Below are positions 9,168-18,391 of a stretch of DNA of 39,402 bases, in pieces. Where the stretch lies: NCBI GenBank assembly GCA_031406795.1, contig JANOHV010000018.1:1-39402 (forward strand), read 5' to 3'. This stretch comes from Candidatus Rokuibacteriota bacterium. Lineage in GTDB: Bacteria; JAUVQV01; DATDCY01. Under the pieces are notes generated by a model. It made no database searches. It saw nothing but the letters and a program-made list of their open reading frames with translations, and was not told where the DNA came from. Numbering within the stretch: the stretch's first letter is position 1; each line of letters opens with the position of its first letter. The position numbers were made by a program, and so were the translations under genes.

Positions 9168-9881
9168 TTACTTCCCCTCAAAGAGCGGCGCGAAATCCAC
9201 TTCTGGCAGCGCGGCTTCGTCCCGCAGCTCGGGTATCTCCACGATTACCGGTGGGTACCCATGCCGAAGGAGCGCGTCGGCGAAAACCCGCTTCGAGTCC
9301 GCCGCGATTTCCGGCGGCGCCGGGTGCCGCATGTTCAGCACCAGTCCCCGCACCTCGACCCCGCGCCTCTGCGCCGCCTCCAGCGTCAGCAGCGTGTGGT
9401 TGATGCTGCCGAGCCGCAGCGAACCGACGACGATCAGGGGGTAGCGGCGCCGCGCGACGTGATCGAGAACGGTCCAGCTTCCCGCGAGCGGCACCAGCGC
9501 GCCGCCCACGCCTTCGATCAACACATATTCAAACCGGGCCTCCAGCCGGTCGGTGGCGCGATCGATGACATCGGCGTCCACCACCCGGCCCTCGAGACGC
9601 GCGGCCAGCTCGGGCGAGCCGGGAAAGGCGAAGATCCAGGGACAGGTCGTGCCGTCATGATCGTCGTCGAGCAGCCCGGTCCCCATCAACCGCCGATGCA
9701 CGGCGATGTCTTCCGCCACCGGTCCCCGGCAGCCGGTCTGGACGAGCTTCTGGGTGATCACCGTGCGGCCGCGCCGCGCCAGCCAGCGGGCGATCAGCCC
9801 CGTGGCGACGCTCTTGCCGACGCCGGTGTCAATGCCGGTGACGAAGAGAATTCCCATGCCGGCCGGCTGCCTCATCGTCAT
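9168..9881 (-). CDS. bioD: Dethiobiotin synthase (start could be 9875 or 9857)
   Basis: FVTGIDTGVGKS P-loop, QKLVQTG, IEGVGGALVP, LGSINHTLLT. Confidence 0.95.
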   Translation of the reverse strand: MTMRQPAGMGILFVTGIDTGVGKSVATGLIARWLARRGRTVITQKLVQTGCRGPVAEDIAVHRRLMGTGLLDDDHDGTTCPWIFAFPGSPELAARLEGRVVDADVIDRATDRLEARFEYVLIEGVGGALVPLAGSWTVLDHVARRRYPLIVVGSLRLGSINHTLLTLEAAQRRGVEVRGLVLNMRHPAPPEIAADSKRVFADALLRHGYPPVIVEIPELRDEAALPEVDFAPLFEGK

Positions 9882-10647
9882 CCCGGCGCTGCGCCACCAG
9901 GAACAGGGGATGGTAGGTCAGCGTCACGTCGCCGCCGCTCGCGAAGCGCTCGCGGTACTCCCCCGCGAAGGCGCGCAGCGTGCCGCGGGTCCACCCGGCC
10001 CGTTCCAGGCCGTTCGCGCCGGTGCGGCGCAGGTGCTCGAGCACGCGCCGCGGGGAGGAAAAACGCAGCACTTCGCGGCTCTGCCCGCGTTCCAGGATCT
10101 GGAAGCGTCGCTCGAGCAGCGCGGCCACCTCGTCGAGCGTGCGGTAGGCGAGGCCCCGGCCCCCGACGGCGGACACCTCGCGGAGATTGTCGGGCCCGAA
10201 GCTCGTGAACGCCAGCAGCCCTCCGGGCCGCAGCGCGGTCGCGAGGCGCTCGAACAGTCCGGCCGGGTCGTCGAGCCAGTGGAAGGCGGCATTCGAGAGC
10301 ACCAGGTCGAACATCGCCGGCGAAAGATCCATCCTCTCGATGTCGCCGGGGTGGAAGCTGAACGCCGCCTCCGGCAGCCGCTTCATGACGCCCGCCACCC
10401 GGGGCCCGCACTCCTCGACCAGATCGTTTGCGGCGAGCTTCCTGATCTGCAGACGTCGGGCCACCCCCCGGCTCAGCAGGCCCGTGCCGCAGCCGATCTC
10501 GAGGACGCTCTCGTACTGCTCGCCCCCGTGGCGGATGACCGCGTCCAGCAGCCGCTCCGCCATCCCCGCCTGGACCGCCGCCTCGGCGTCGTACCCGGCC
10601 AGGCTGCGTCCGAAACGCTGCCGCACCAGTTCCTTGTCAGGGCTCAT
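9829..10647 (-). CDS. bioC: Malonyl-ACP O-methyltransferase
   Basis: Start MSPDKELVRQRF..YDAEAAVQ; SAM motif VLEIGCGTG; FGPDNLRE, LRRTGAN, LTYHP; bio operon context. Confidence 0.92.
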   Translation of the reverse strand: MSPDKELVRQRFGRSLAGYDAEAAVQAGMAERLLDAVIRHGGEQYESVLEIGCGTGLLSRGVARRLQIRKLAANDLVEECGPRVAGVMKRLPEAAFSFHPGDIERMDLSPAMFDLVLSNAAFHWLDDPAGLFERLATALRPGGLLAFTSFGPDNLREVSAVGGRGLAYRTLDEVAALLERRFQILERGQSREVLRFSSPRRVLEHLRRTGANGLERAGWTRGTLRAFAGEYRERFASGGDVTLTYHPLFLVAQRRDDDEAAGRHGNSLRHRH

Positions 10648-11317
10648 CCCTCTCCCCGAGAAGTTCGCGCCAGCCCGAACGGCGCGAGAAGGGCAGATGC
10701 GGTAGCGGCAGCGCCCGACACGGGATCGTCCCCTGCCAGTACCGCTTCTGGTTCTCCGGCGGCATGATCCGGTCGCGCGCGCCGACGACGGCACCGGTGA
10801 ACGGCCCGGGAGACGGATGCCCGGCGCCCACAGCCCGTGCAAGCGCGAGCAGCTCCCGGCGCTGGTCATCGGCGTCGCGAAGCGGGGCATGGGGGAGAAA
10901 CTCCCCACAGGCGTCCCGGCCGTCGCACATCCTGCGGAAGAAGGAGTCCCGCGTCCGCTCGGAGTAGTTGTCGAGCGTCGCGCGAAAGAGCCCCGCCGGT
11001 ATCCCGTACTCGTCGTCGATCGGCTTGCCCGTCCCGTTGACGGCCACGGCCTTGTCGAAGCGCATCGGCGCGCTTGCGAACACGGTCGCCGCGGCCCAGA
11101 CTCCCATCGACCAGGCCACGAGATCCGCCGCCGGGTAGTGCGCGACCGCCGCCCGCACCGCGTCCGCGCCCCGCAGGTCCGTATAGTCGCAGACCGCCAG
11201 CAGATCCCGCCCCGCCGGCGGTTCGATCATCGCGAGGAGGCGCTCGTCCATCCCCCAGCCGTTGAAGAACAGCAGCAGCCGGGGGCGCTCTTCACGGACC
11301 TGCCAGTGCAGCCTCAC
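10637..11317 (-). CDS. bioG: DUF452/BioG-type pimeloyl-ACP methyl ester esterase
   Basis: GTG start overlaps the bioF stop. Motifs LLLFFNGWGMD, nucleophile AWSMGVWAA, NGTGKPIDDEYGIP, DRIMPPENQ, PHLPF; located between bioF and bioC. Confidence 0.8.
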   Translation of the reverse strand: MRLHWQVREERPRLLLFFNGWGMDERLLAMIEPPAGRDLLAVCDYTDLRGADAVRAAVAHYPAADLVAWSMGVWAAATVFASAPMRFDKAVAVNGTGKPIDDEYGIPAGLFRATLDNYSERTRDSFFRRMCDGRDACGEFLPHAPLRDADDQRRELLALARAVGAGHPSPGPFTGAVVGARDRIMPPENQKRYWQGTIPCRALPLPHLPFSRRSGWRELLGERDEP

Positions 11318-12495
11318 GATCGCGGCGCCCCCAGCGCCGCCGGCAGGGCGCGCAGCTGCTCCTTGTCGAGCGCCGCCGTCAGCGAGAGCCGCACCCGCGC
11401 CGTCCCCGCGGGGACGGTCGGCGGGCGGATCGGCAGCACGAGATACCCCGCCTGCTGCAGTTTGAGAGCGAGACTGACGGCCGCTTCGTCCTCGCCCGCG
11501 ATCACCGGGACGATCTGCGAGTCGCCGCCGGTGACCCAGCCCAGCGCCGCGAGCTCGCCGCGAAGCCGCCGCCCGAGATCCGCCAGTTCCCGGCGCTCGC
11601 GCCCCATCCCCTGCATCCGCCGCAACGTCAGGCGGCTCCAGCAGAGCACGGCCGGCGGCAGCGCGGTGGTGTAGATGAAAGGGCGCACGGTGTTGACGAA
11701 GTAGTCCTTCAGAGACGGGGCGGCCACCGCAAAAGCGCCGACCGAGGCCAGCGCCTTGCCGAAGGTGCCGACGATGATGTCCACCTGATCGAGCACGCCG
11801 CAGACCTCCGCCAGGCCGCGCCCCTGGTCGCCGAAGACGCCGACCGCGTGCGCCTCGTCGACGATCAACGTCGCCCCGTAACGCTCCCTGAGCCGCGCCA
11901 GGGCCGCCAGGTCCGCCAGGTCGCCGTCCATGCTGAAGACCGACTCCGTCACGATGAACGTCCGTCCCGATCCGCCGGCGGCGGCGCGGAGCAGCTCCTC
12001 GAGGTGCCCGTAGTCGCGGTGGCGAAAGCGCCGGAACCCGGCCGCCGACAGCCGCAAGCCGTCCATGATGCTCGCATGGTTGAGCCGGTCCGAGAGAAAG
12101 AGATCCCCCTTGCGCCCCAGGGCGGTCAGGATGCCGAGGTTGGCGTGATAGCCGCTCGAGAAGACGCAGCACTCCCGGCCGCCGTAGAGCGCCGCGACCT
12201 CTTCCTCGAGCGCGGCACAGGCCGGGCCGGTCCCCGTCAGCAGCCGCGACGAGGAAGACGTCATGCCGCGCTCGTCGAGGAGCCGCTCCGGCGTCTCGCG
12301 CAGAAACGTCTTCAGCAGCTGTTCGTCCGCCCCGAGGCCGAGATAGTCGTTGGAGGAGAGGTTTAGCAGGCGCTGCCCCGCGCGCTCGACCTGCGCCCCG
12401 GGACCGCGGGAGAGGACCGCGAGACTGCGGTGCCGACCTTGGCCGCGCAGGCGCTCGAGCTCAGCGCGGCAGGTCGCGGTCAGATCCGCCGTCAT
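11314..12495 (-). CDS. bioF: 8-amino-7-oxononanoate synthase
   Basis: NLSSNDYLGL, FSSGYHAN, DRLNHASIMDG, ESVFSMDGD, VDEAHAVG, GTFGKAL, IRPPTVP. Confidence 0.96.
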   Translation of the reverse strand: MTADLTATCRAELERLRGQGRHRSLAVLSRGPGAQVERAGQRLLNLSSNDYLGLGADEQLLKTFLRETPERLLDERGMTSSSSRLLTGTGPACAALEEEVAALYGGRECCVFSSGYHANLGILTALGRKGDLFLSDRLNHASIMDGLRLSAAGFRRFRHRDYGHLEELLRAAAGGSGRTFIVTESVFSMDGDLADLAALARLRERYGATLIVDEAHAVGVFGDQGRGLAEVCGVLDQVDIIVGTFGKALASVGAFAVAAPSLKDYFVNTVRPFIYTTALPPAVLCWSRLTLRRMQGMGRERRELADLGRRLRGELAALGWVTGGDSQIVPVIAGEDEAAVSLALKLQQAGYLVLPIRPPTVPAGTARVRLSLTAALDKEQLRALPAALGAPRS

Positions 12496-13531
12496 CCCCG
12501 AACCGGCAAAGCTCAGCCAGCAGCGCCGTGTCCTCGCTCGTCTCGCGCCCCCGGGTCGTGAGGTAGCCCCCGGTGAGCAGGCCGTTGGCGCCCGCAAGCA
12601 TCAGCAGGGCCTGGAAGTCCTTCATCACCGTCTCGCGACCCGCGGCGAACTTGATGACGGCGCGCGGGTGGATCAGCCGGAAGAGCGCGAACGTCTTCGC
12701 GACCTCGACCGCCGGCACCGGGGCGCTGTCCGCGAGCGGCGTGCCGGGGATCGGGATCAGCACGTTGAGCGGGATCGTTTCGACACCGAGTTCGAGCAGC
12801 TCGAAGGCCAGCGCGACACGGTCCGCCATCGTCTCGCCGACGCCGATGATCCCGCCGCAGCAGAGCCCGATGCCGTGCCGCCGCAGCGTGGCCAGGGCGG
12901 CGAGGCGATCCGCCGCGGTGTGGGTGTCGCTGATCAGCTCGCGGTAGCGGCCGGTTGCGACCTGGAGATTGAGGTTGTAGTGCGAAACGCCGGCGGCCGC
13001 CAGCGCCCGCGCCGCGGCGTCGTCGAGAGCGCCGAGCGAGGCACAGACCTCCATCCCCGGCAGCCGTTCATGGATCAGCTCGATTGCCGCGATGACGGAG
13101 CGCACCTCGCCTTCGATGCCGGTGCAGCCGGTTCCGGCGGTCACGATGCCGAAACGCCGCACCCCGTTTCGCCAGACCGCCTCCGCCCGCGAGAGCAGCT
13201 CCCCGGGGTCGAGGAGTCCGTATTCCGGCACCTGCGCCGCGTGGTGGGCGGACTGGGCGCAGAAACGGCAGTTCTCCGGGCAGGCCCCGGACTTGGCATT
13301 GACGATGGAGCAGGCGTGCAGGCCGGGGGCGTGTTTCAGCCGCACCTTGTGGGCCAGAGAGACCAGATCGAGGACATCCTCGCCGGGAAGTTCCGACAGG
13401 CGGGTCGCCAGGGGCAAGTCGATCGGCGTCCCCGTTGCGAGAACCCCGTACGCCTCCCGGATCGCGGGGTGCAGCGCTGCCGCGGCTGTCGTCGCGCTCG
13501 GGACGGGTGCAGCTTCACCTTGCTCGGTCAT
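12461..13531 (-). CDS. bioB: Biotin synthase
   Basis: NAKSGACPENCRFCAQS radical SAM motif, CCGGIIGVGE, PIPGTPL, GGYLTTRG. Confidence 0.96.
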   Translation of the reverse strand: MTEQGEAAPVPSATTAAAALHPAIREAYGVLATGTPIDLPLATRLSELPGEDVLDLVSLAHKVRLKHAPGLHACSIVNAKSGACPENCRFCAQSAHHAAQVPEYGLLDPGELLSRAEAVWRNGVRRFGIVTAGTGCTGIEGEVRSVIAAIELIHERLPGMEVCASLGALDDAAARALAAAGVSHYNLNLQVATGRYRELISDTHTAADRLAALATLRRHGIGLCCGGIIGVGETMADRVALAFELLELGVETIPLNVLIPIPGTPLADSAPVPAVEVAKTFALFRLIHPRAVIKFAAGRETVMKDFQALLMLAGANGLLTGGYLTTRGRETSEDTALLAELCRFGDDGGSDRDLPR

Positions 13532-13558
13532 CTCGCTCCTCGACGCAGTTTCGACGTT

Positions 13559-14575
13559 TCAGCACCGGAGGGCGGCGCCATCCCCATCCGGCGGCAGAAG
13601 GTGCACGTCGCCGGCCAGCAGGTGCACCAGCGCCCCGCCCGCCCTCTCGATTACCAGCTCCCCGGTCGGGGTGATGCCGCGAGCGATCCCGCGCACGACC
13701 CCCGTGAGGTTTTCGGCGGCCACCGGCCGACCGTTCAGCGCAGAATGCCCTTCGAAATAGCCGAGCAGCCCGGAAAGGCTCCCGTCCCGCAGCCAGCCCT
13801 CGTATCTCACCTCCAGCTGGTTGAGCACCGCACCGAGCAGCGCGGGCCGCGAGGTCTCCCGCCCGCCGGCGATGCGCAGCGTTGTGGCGCTGCCGCGCAG
13901 TGCTCGCGGGACGCCCGCTCCGTTCACGTTGATGCCGACGCCGAGGATCACCCGGTGCACGCGATCGGCCTCCAGGCTCGCCTCGCAGAGGATGCCGGCC
14001 AGCTTGCGGCCGCCGACGAGGATGTCGTTCGGCCATTTGATCAGCGCGGGGATGTCCGGGCAACACGCGGCGAGTCCTTCGTGGACCGCGACCGCGGCGA
14101 CCAGCGCCAGCTGCGGGACGCGCGCGGGCTCGACGCTCGGGGTGAGCAGCACCGAGAAATAGAGATTCTCCCCCGCGGGCGACTCCCAGCGCCGCCCCAT
14201 CCTTCCGCGACCGGCGCTCTGCGCATCGGCGACGACGACGGCACCCTCGGGGGCGCCCCGCAGCGCGAGCTCCGCGGCCGCCCGGTTCGTCGAGTCGACC
14301 ATCTCATGGTATTCGAGAACCCGTCCAAGGGCCCTCGTCTTGAGGTGCGGTGTCACCTCGGCTGCGAGAGGCACATTGGCGACGGTGCGCAAACCGTAGC
14401 CGATCTTCGGGGAGGAGTCGATCCCGTACCCGGCCTCTTTCAAATCACGGACGTGCTTCCAGACTGCACTGCGGGAGATGCCGAGCCGGCGGCCGATCCG
14501 CTCTCCGGAGAGGAACACGCCGCCCCCCTTGAGCAGTTGCAGAACCCTCTGGGTCGTCTCGTTCATTTCGTTCAC
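13559..14575 (-). CDS. birA: Bifunctional biotin-protein ligase / biotin operon repressor
   Basis: N-terminal HTH (LSGERIGRRLGISRSAVWKH), DSTN, QSAGRGRMGRRW, KWPNDI, KLAGIL, GVGIN. Confidence 0.96.
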   Translation of the reverse strand: MNEMNETTQRVLQLLKGGGVFLSGERIGRRLGISRSAVWKHVRDLKEAGYGIDSSPKIGYGLRTVANVPLAAEVTPHLKTRALGRVLEYHEMVDSTNRAAAELALRGAPEGAVVVADAQSAGRGRMGRRWESPAGENLYFSVLLTPSVEPARVPQLALVAAVAVHEGLAACCPDIPALIKWPNDILVGGRKLAGILCEASLEADRVHRVILGVGINVNGAGVPRALRGSATTLRIAGGRETSRPALLGAVLNQLEVRYEGWLRDGSLSGLLGYFEGHSALNGRPVAAENLTGVVRGIARGITPTGELVIERAGGALVHLLAGDVHLLPPDGDGAALRC

Positions 14576-14583
14576 CGCGCGGC

Positions 14584-14637
14584 AGTATCACGGGCAAGCC
14601 GGCGATTGTCAACCTCGCTGGAGAGACGGGTCAACAA
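14584..14637 (-). promoter_or_regulatory. BirA-type operator overlapping the bio operon promoter
   Basis: TTGTCAACC-N14-GGTCAACAA (14606-14637; two mismatches to a perfect palindrome) overlapping minus-strand TTGACA-17-GATACT. Confidence 0.8.
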
Positions 14638-14657
14638 TACGCACGGTCAATACACGT

Positions 14658-14975
14658 TCAGTCGAACTGGCCGGCGCAGTTGAGGCGCCGGACGAGGCTG
14701 AGCGTCGGCACGGCGTTCTCCCCTTCTTCCTGCACGACCCGCTTGTAGAACGAGCACTCCGAGCAGTTGACGAGCTTCTTGGCCACGGTGCCCACCACCT
14801 GTCCCGAGCAGAAGGTCCCGGCGAGGACCCAGCAGGTCCGGCCGGAATTCTTCCCCCCGTGCACGCCGTCGAGGGTGGTCTCCACCGCCGCCGGACAGGG
14901 GCCATGCTCGGCGACGGCGTGCCCCCCCGGCTCGCGGCCGCAGTTCTGGGCTTCCCAGCAGTTGAGCTTCTTCAT
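14658..14975 (-). CDS. Small Cys-rich 'two-CW' domain protein, 105 aa
   Basis: LNCWEAQNCGREPGG..CPAA..GKNSGRTCWVLAGTFC..CSECSFY. Confidence 0.8.
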   Translation of the reverse strand: MKKLNCWEAQNCGREPGGHAVAEHGPCPAAVETTLDGVHGGKNSGRTCWVLAGTFCSGQVVGTVAKKLVNCSECSFYKRVVQEEGENAVPTLSLVRRLNCAGQFD

Positions 14976-15200
14976 GAGCGGGATTCTACCCCCATTCGCA
15001 CGCGCGATCACCCTTGCGCGCGGCGCCGCGATCGTCCGGCAGCCGCACCCTCACGTACGCGGGATCTCTGCAGGCGCCGGCGCTGCCGCCGGTGGCAGCT
15101 GCTGAACATACTCCTGGGAAATCTCTCCGGTCAAATGGCGGATTGTCAGCCCCCTGCCGCCGGCAATCCAGTCCAGCTTCCCGGGCGCCACGCTCACCCC

Positions 15201-15229
15201 TTGCCCTTCCTGGCGGCCTGCCCGACAAT
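15201..15229 (+). promoter_or_regulatory. Possible sigma70 promoter for the flavoprotein gene
   Basis: TTGCCC-17-GACAAT. A divergent TTGACC-18-TATGTT lies on the minus strand at 15105-15134. Confidence 0.35.
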
Positions 15230-15304
15230 GATGCCGGGTGCGGGCGTGCCGACTGCGGCCGGTGCGGGCGCGTCGGCGATCGAACGAGTGGAGGTAGCCA
15301 ATTC

Positions 15305-15880
15305 ATGCACGTCATCGCGTTTCTGGGCAGCCCCCGGAAGGACGGCAACACCTCGATCCTGCTGCAGGAGGCCATCCGCGGGGTCGCCGAGAGCGGGCAG
15401 AAGGTCGAAAGCTTCAACCTCGCCCGGATGAACATCCGCCCCTGTTTGAACTGCGGCGGCTGCGACAAGACGGGGGTCTGCGTGATCGAGGGCGACGAGA
15501 TGCCCGTCATCTACGCCGCGCTGCGCAACGCCACCCGGATCATCCTCGCCAGCCCGATCTTCTTTGCCGGCCTCTCGGCCCAGTCCAAGGCGATGGTCGA
15601 CCGCTGCCAGGCCTTCTGGTGCGAGAAGTACCTGTTGAACAAGCCGCTGCCCGAGGTTCCCGAGGGGAGAAGAGGGCTGTTCATCACGGTGGGCGGCATG
15701 AAAACCGGCAAGGGCGTCGAGTGCGGCGGCGCGACGGCGACAGCCTTCTTCAGAACGCTGAGCGTCCCCGTGCACGCGAGCCTCGGCTTCCGCGGCGTCG
15801 ACGCCAAGGGTGTGATCAGGGAGCACCCCACGGCGCTGCAGGAGGCCTTCGAAGCCGGCCGGGAACTCGTGCGCGTTTGA
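15305..15880 (+). CDS. Iron-sulfur flavoprotein (Isf) / NADPH-dependent FMN reductase family
   Basis: ATG after GGAGG; GSPRKDGNT, CLNCGGCDKTGVC (CX2CX2CX5C), LASPIFF, KAMVDR. Confidence 0.88.
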   Translation: MHVIAFLGSPRKDGNTSILLQEAIRGVAESGQKVESFNLARMNIRPCLNCGGCDKTGVCVIEGDEMPVIYAALRNATRIILASPIFFAGLSAQSKAMVDRCQAFWCEKYLLNKPLPEVPEGRRGLFITVGGMKTGKGVECGGATATAFFRTLSVPVHASLGFRGVDAKGVIREHPTALQEAFEAGRELVRV

Positions 15881-15962
15881 CTTCGATCAAGGCAAGCGGC
15901 GCAGTTGACGGGTATTCTTCAGCATCAATAACGACGAAGCAGCGACGAAGGAGGAGACGACG

Positions 15963-16274
15963 ATGCCCACCCCCAAATGCCCCGGCCAGGATACGCAGAA
16001 ATGGGGTCCCGACGCGGTTTACGACGTGACGTGCAAGAAGTGCGGCAACCAGCTCGAGTTCTTCAAGGACGAGCTCAAGCGCCGCTGCAAGGGCTGCGGC
16101 GGCACGGTGTTCAACGAACGGATGGACATCGGGTGTCTTGCCTGGTGCCCTTCCGCGGAAGCCTGCGCCGGCCCGGACATGGCGCGGGCACTGGAGCTCA
16201 TCGCGCAGGGCAAGGCCCGGGGTTGCGCGGACGCCGAAGCTCCCGGGGAACGCCCCGCACCGCTGAGCACCTGA
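15963..16274 (+). CDS. Small Cys-rich Zn-ribbon-like protein
   Basis: RBS AGGAGGAG; CPGQD, CKKCG..EFFKDE..CKGCG, GCLAWCPSAEAC. Confidence 0.8.
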   Translation: MPTPKCPGQDTQKWGPDAVYDVTCKKCGNQLEFFKDELKRRCKGCGGTVFNERMDIGCLAWCPSAEACAGPDMARALELIAQGKARGCADAEAPGERPAPLST

Positions 16275-16304
16275 ACCTTGACAGGCTAATGAACACTCGG
16301 AACG

Positions 16305-16432
16305 GGCAGGTCGCTCAAAAGGGCCCAGCTGCAAGGCGGGCGAGTTCTGAGGAATGAGGCGTACGAGCAGTACGCCGCAGTGACGAAGGGCGAAGCCCAA
16401 CGCCGCAGATGGGTCCTTTTCAGCGGCCTGCC
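16305..16432. repeat. 128-nt palindromic intergenic element, copy 1
   Basis: Imperfect terminal IRs GGCAGGTCGCTCAAAAGGGCCCAGCTGC / GCAGATGGGTCCTTTTCAGCGGCCTGCC; central hairpin GGCGTAC-GAGCA-GTACGCC; abuts the mlaA stop. Confidence 0.9.
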
Positions 16433-17289
16433 TACTCCTTGGCCTTTTCGGCCCGGTACTGCAGATAGGCGTCTCGCGTCGCCAGGTAGGGATCGATCGA
16501 GGCGTCCTTGAGCGACTCGTAGTCGCCGATGCGGAACGAGGTGTAGTTGACCAGGCTGTAGGTGCGCGTCCCCAGCGAGGCCGGCAACGGGTTGAGGTAG
16601 GAGACCGGGTCGAGAACCAACCCACCGGCCCAGCCGACCGAGTCGCGCAGCGTGTAGTACCCGAGTAACGGCCAGACAATGTAGGGCCCGGGCCCGACCC
16701 CGTAACGGGCAAGGGTCAGACCAAGGTCATTGTCGGGGAGTTTCGCCTCGGGGTTGCCCTTGAACAGGTCGCCGAAGCCCAGCACGCCCCAGGTGCTGTT
16801 GATCATGAATTTTCCCAACTCGATGGTCGCCGCGCGGCCTTTGAGCTGCAAAACGTTGCTGACAAAGCGCCTCGGGGCCCCGAGGTTGTTGAAGAAATTC
16901 TCGACCCCGGTTCGGGCCACGGCGGGAACGGCCGTCCGATACGCCTTGGCGACCGGCTTGAGGAGCCAGAAGTAGAATTTGTCGTTGAACTTGAACATCG
17001 CCCGGTTCCAGGGGGCGAGGGGGTCGGAAACCGGGACGTCCGAGGTGCCCAGCGAATCGAACTCGTTCTCCCCGTCCAGGAGGTCCAGGGTGTCGTCGGG
17101 AACAGTATCCGCCGTCGGGGCGACCACGGGTTCCGCCTGCGCGGTGGCGACGGGCGCCTCCGCGCCTCCGGCGACCTCCGTTCGCGCGGGCCCCCCGCCG
17201 GGCGCGCGGGCACCGGTTTGATGGGCGCAGCCCACCGGGGCGAGGACGAGCAGGAGCCCGAGCCGCCACGCACCCTTCATCGCCGGCAC
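16432..17289 (-). CDS. mlaA: MlaA/VacJ lipoprotein (start may be ATG 17280)
   Basis: Lipobox LAPVGC, DPLAPWNRAMFKFND, NFFNNL, INSTWGVLG, DLGLTLARYG, DPYLATRDAYLQ. Confidence 0.92.
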   Translation of the reverse strand: MPAMKGAWRLGLLLVLAPVGCAHQTGARAPGGGPARTEVAGGAEAPVATAQAEPVVAPTADTVPDDTLDLLDGENEFDSLGTSDVPVSDPLAPWNRAMFKFNDKFYFWLLKPVAKAYRTAVPAVARTGVENFFNNLGAPRRFVSNVLQLKGRAATIELGKFMINSTWGVLGFGDLFKGNPEAKLPDNDLGLTLARYGVGPGPYIVWPLLGYYTLRDSVGWAGGLVLDPVSYLNPLPASLGTRTYSLVNYTSFRIGDYESLKDASIDPYLATRDAYLQYRAEKAKE

Positions 17290-17296
17290 CGCACTG

Positions 17297-17908
17297 CTAC
17301 TTCTTCTCCTTCTCCTGAGTCTTGTTCTGCGTCTGGACGCGCTCGATAAGCACGTCGGGCGAGTCCTTGCTCAGGATATCATTGAACTGCGACCGGTAGT
17401 TCGCGACCAGGCTCACCCCCTCGATGACGACGTCGTAGATCCTCCAGGCACCGTCGATCGGGCGCACGCTGTAGTCAACCGGTATCGAGTCGACCTCGCG
17501 GATGATCTTCGTTCTGACGCGGGCTTTGGCAGGCGAAAGCATCTCCTGGCTCAGGAACTCGACCTTCTCGTTTCTGAAGTCCCCCTGGATCTTGTTCAGG
17601 TAGCTGTTCCCGAGCCGCGTCGTGAAGATGTCGGTGAACACCTTCTTCTGCTCGGGGGAAAAGCGCTTCCAGTTCTGGCCGACCGCCAGCACGGTGATCC
17701 CTTCGAAGTCGAAGACCTTGCGGATGATCTCCCAGAGCCGCTCCTTCTGCGCCTCCTTCTCCGAGGCTATGCGGTAGCGGGGGTCCTGAAGGATGGCGAG
17801 CGCCGAATCCAGCGGCCCGCGCAGCGCGTCGATGGGCTTGATCTCCTGTGCGCCCGCCGGACACGCCGCGAGCAGGGTGAAGAACATCGCAAGCACGAAT
17901 CGTGTCAC
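17297..17908 (-). CDS. mlaC: MlaC/Ttg2D periplasmic phospholipid-binding protein
   Basis: GTG after AGGAGG; signal peptide; WRIYDVVIEGVSLVANYRSQF. Confidence 0.9.
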   Translation of the reverse strand: MTRFVLAMFFTLLAACPAGAQEIKPIDALRGPLDSALAILQDPRYRIASEKEAQKERLWEIIRKVFDFEGITVLAVGQNWKRFSPEQKKVFTDIFTTRLGNSYLNKIQGDFRNEKVEFLSQEMLSPAKARVRTKIIREVDSIPVDYSVRPIDGAWRIYDVVIEGVSLVANYRSQFNDILSKDSPDVLIERVQTQNKTQEKEKK

Positions 17909-17944
17909 GAGCAAACCTCCTGACCGGCCCCGCGACGGGACCAC

Positions 17945-18391
17945 CTAGACCTTGCCCATAATGAAGCGGCTGATGAGTTCCTCGAGATCGACCGCCGATT
18001 CCGTCTCGACCACGGTGTCCCCGGACTTCAGATCCGTGCTCGAGCCGCCCGGGGAGAGCTTGACGAACTTGTCGCCGATCAGGCCCTGCGTCTTGACCGA
18101 GGCGATCGTGTCGTCGGTCAGAACCACCCCCTTGTCGATCTTCATTTCGACCATCGCCGCGAAGTTCTCCGGGTTCACCCTGATCGCCGAGACCCGGCCG
18201 ACCGGCACTCCGGCGATTTCCACCGACGAGCCGGCCTTGAGGCCCGCGACGTTCTGGAAGCGCGCGGTGACCACGTAGTAGTTGCCCTGCAGCAGCTCCA
18301 TGCGGCCGAGCTTGATCGTGAGATAGCCGACCGCAAGCACGCCGATGAACACGAAAACTCCGACCGCATACTCCAATGAAGTGCGCTTCAT
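17945..18391 (-). CDS. mlaD: MlaD MCE-domain protein
   Basis: VGVFVFIG TM segment, FQNVAGLKAGSSVEIAGVPVGRV, TQGLIGDKFV, ESAVDLEELI. Confidence 0.95.
   Translation of the reverse strand: MKRTSLEYAVGVFVFIGVLAVGYLTIKLGRMELLQGNYYVVTARFQNVAGLKAGSSVEIAGVPVGRVSAIRVNPENFAAMVEMKIDKGVVLTDDTIASVKTQGLIGDKFVKLSPGGSSTDLKSGDTVVETESAVDLEELISRFIMGKV

Noticed and set aside
14631-14660. Sec readthrough of the two-CW gene TGA (next codons TCIDRAYC)
   Set aside because: The TGA is not in a Cys-motif position, no convincing hairpin follows, and the region runs into the BirA operator.
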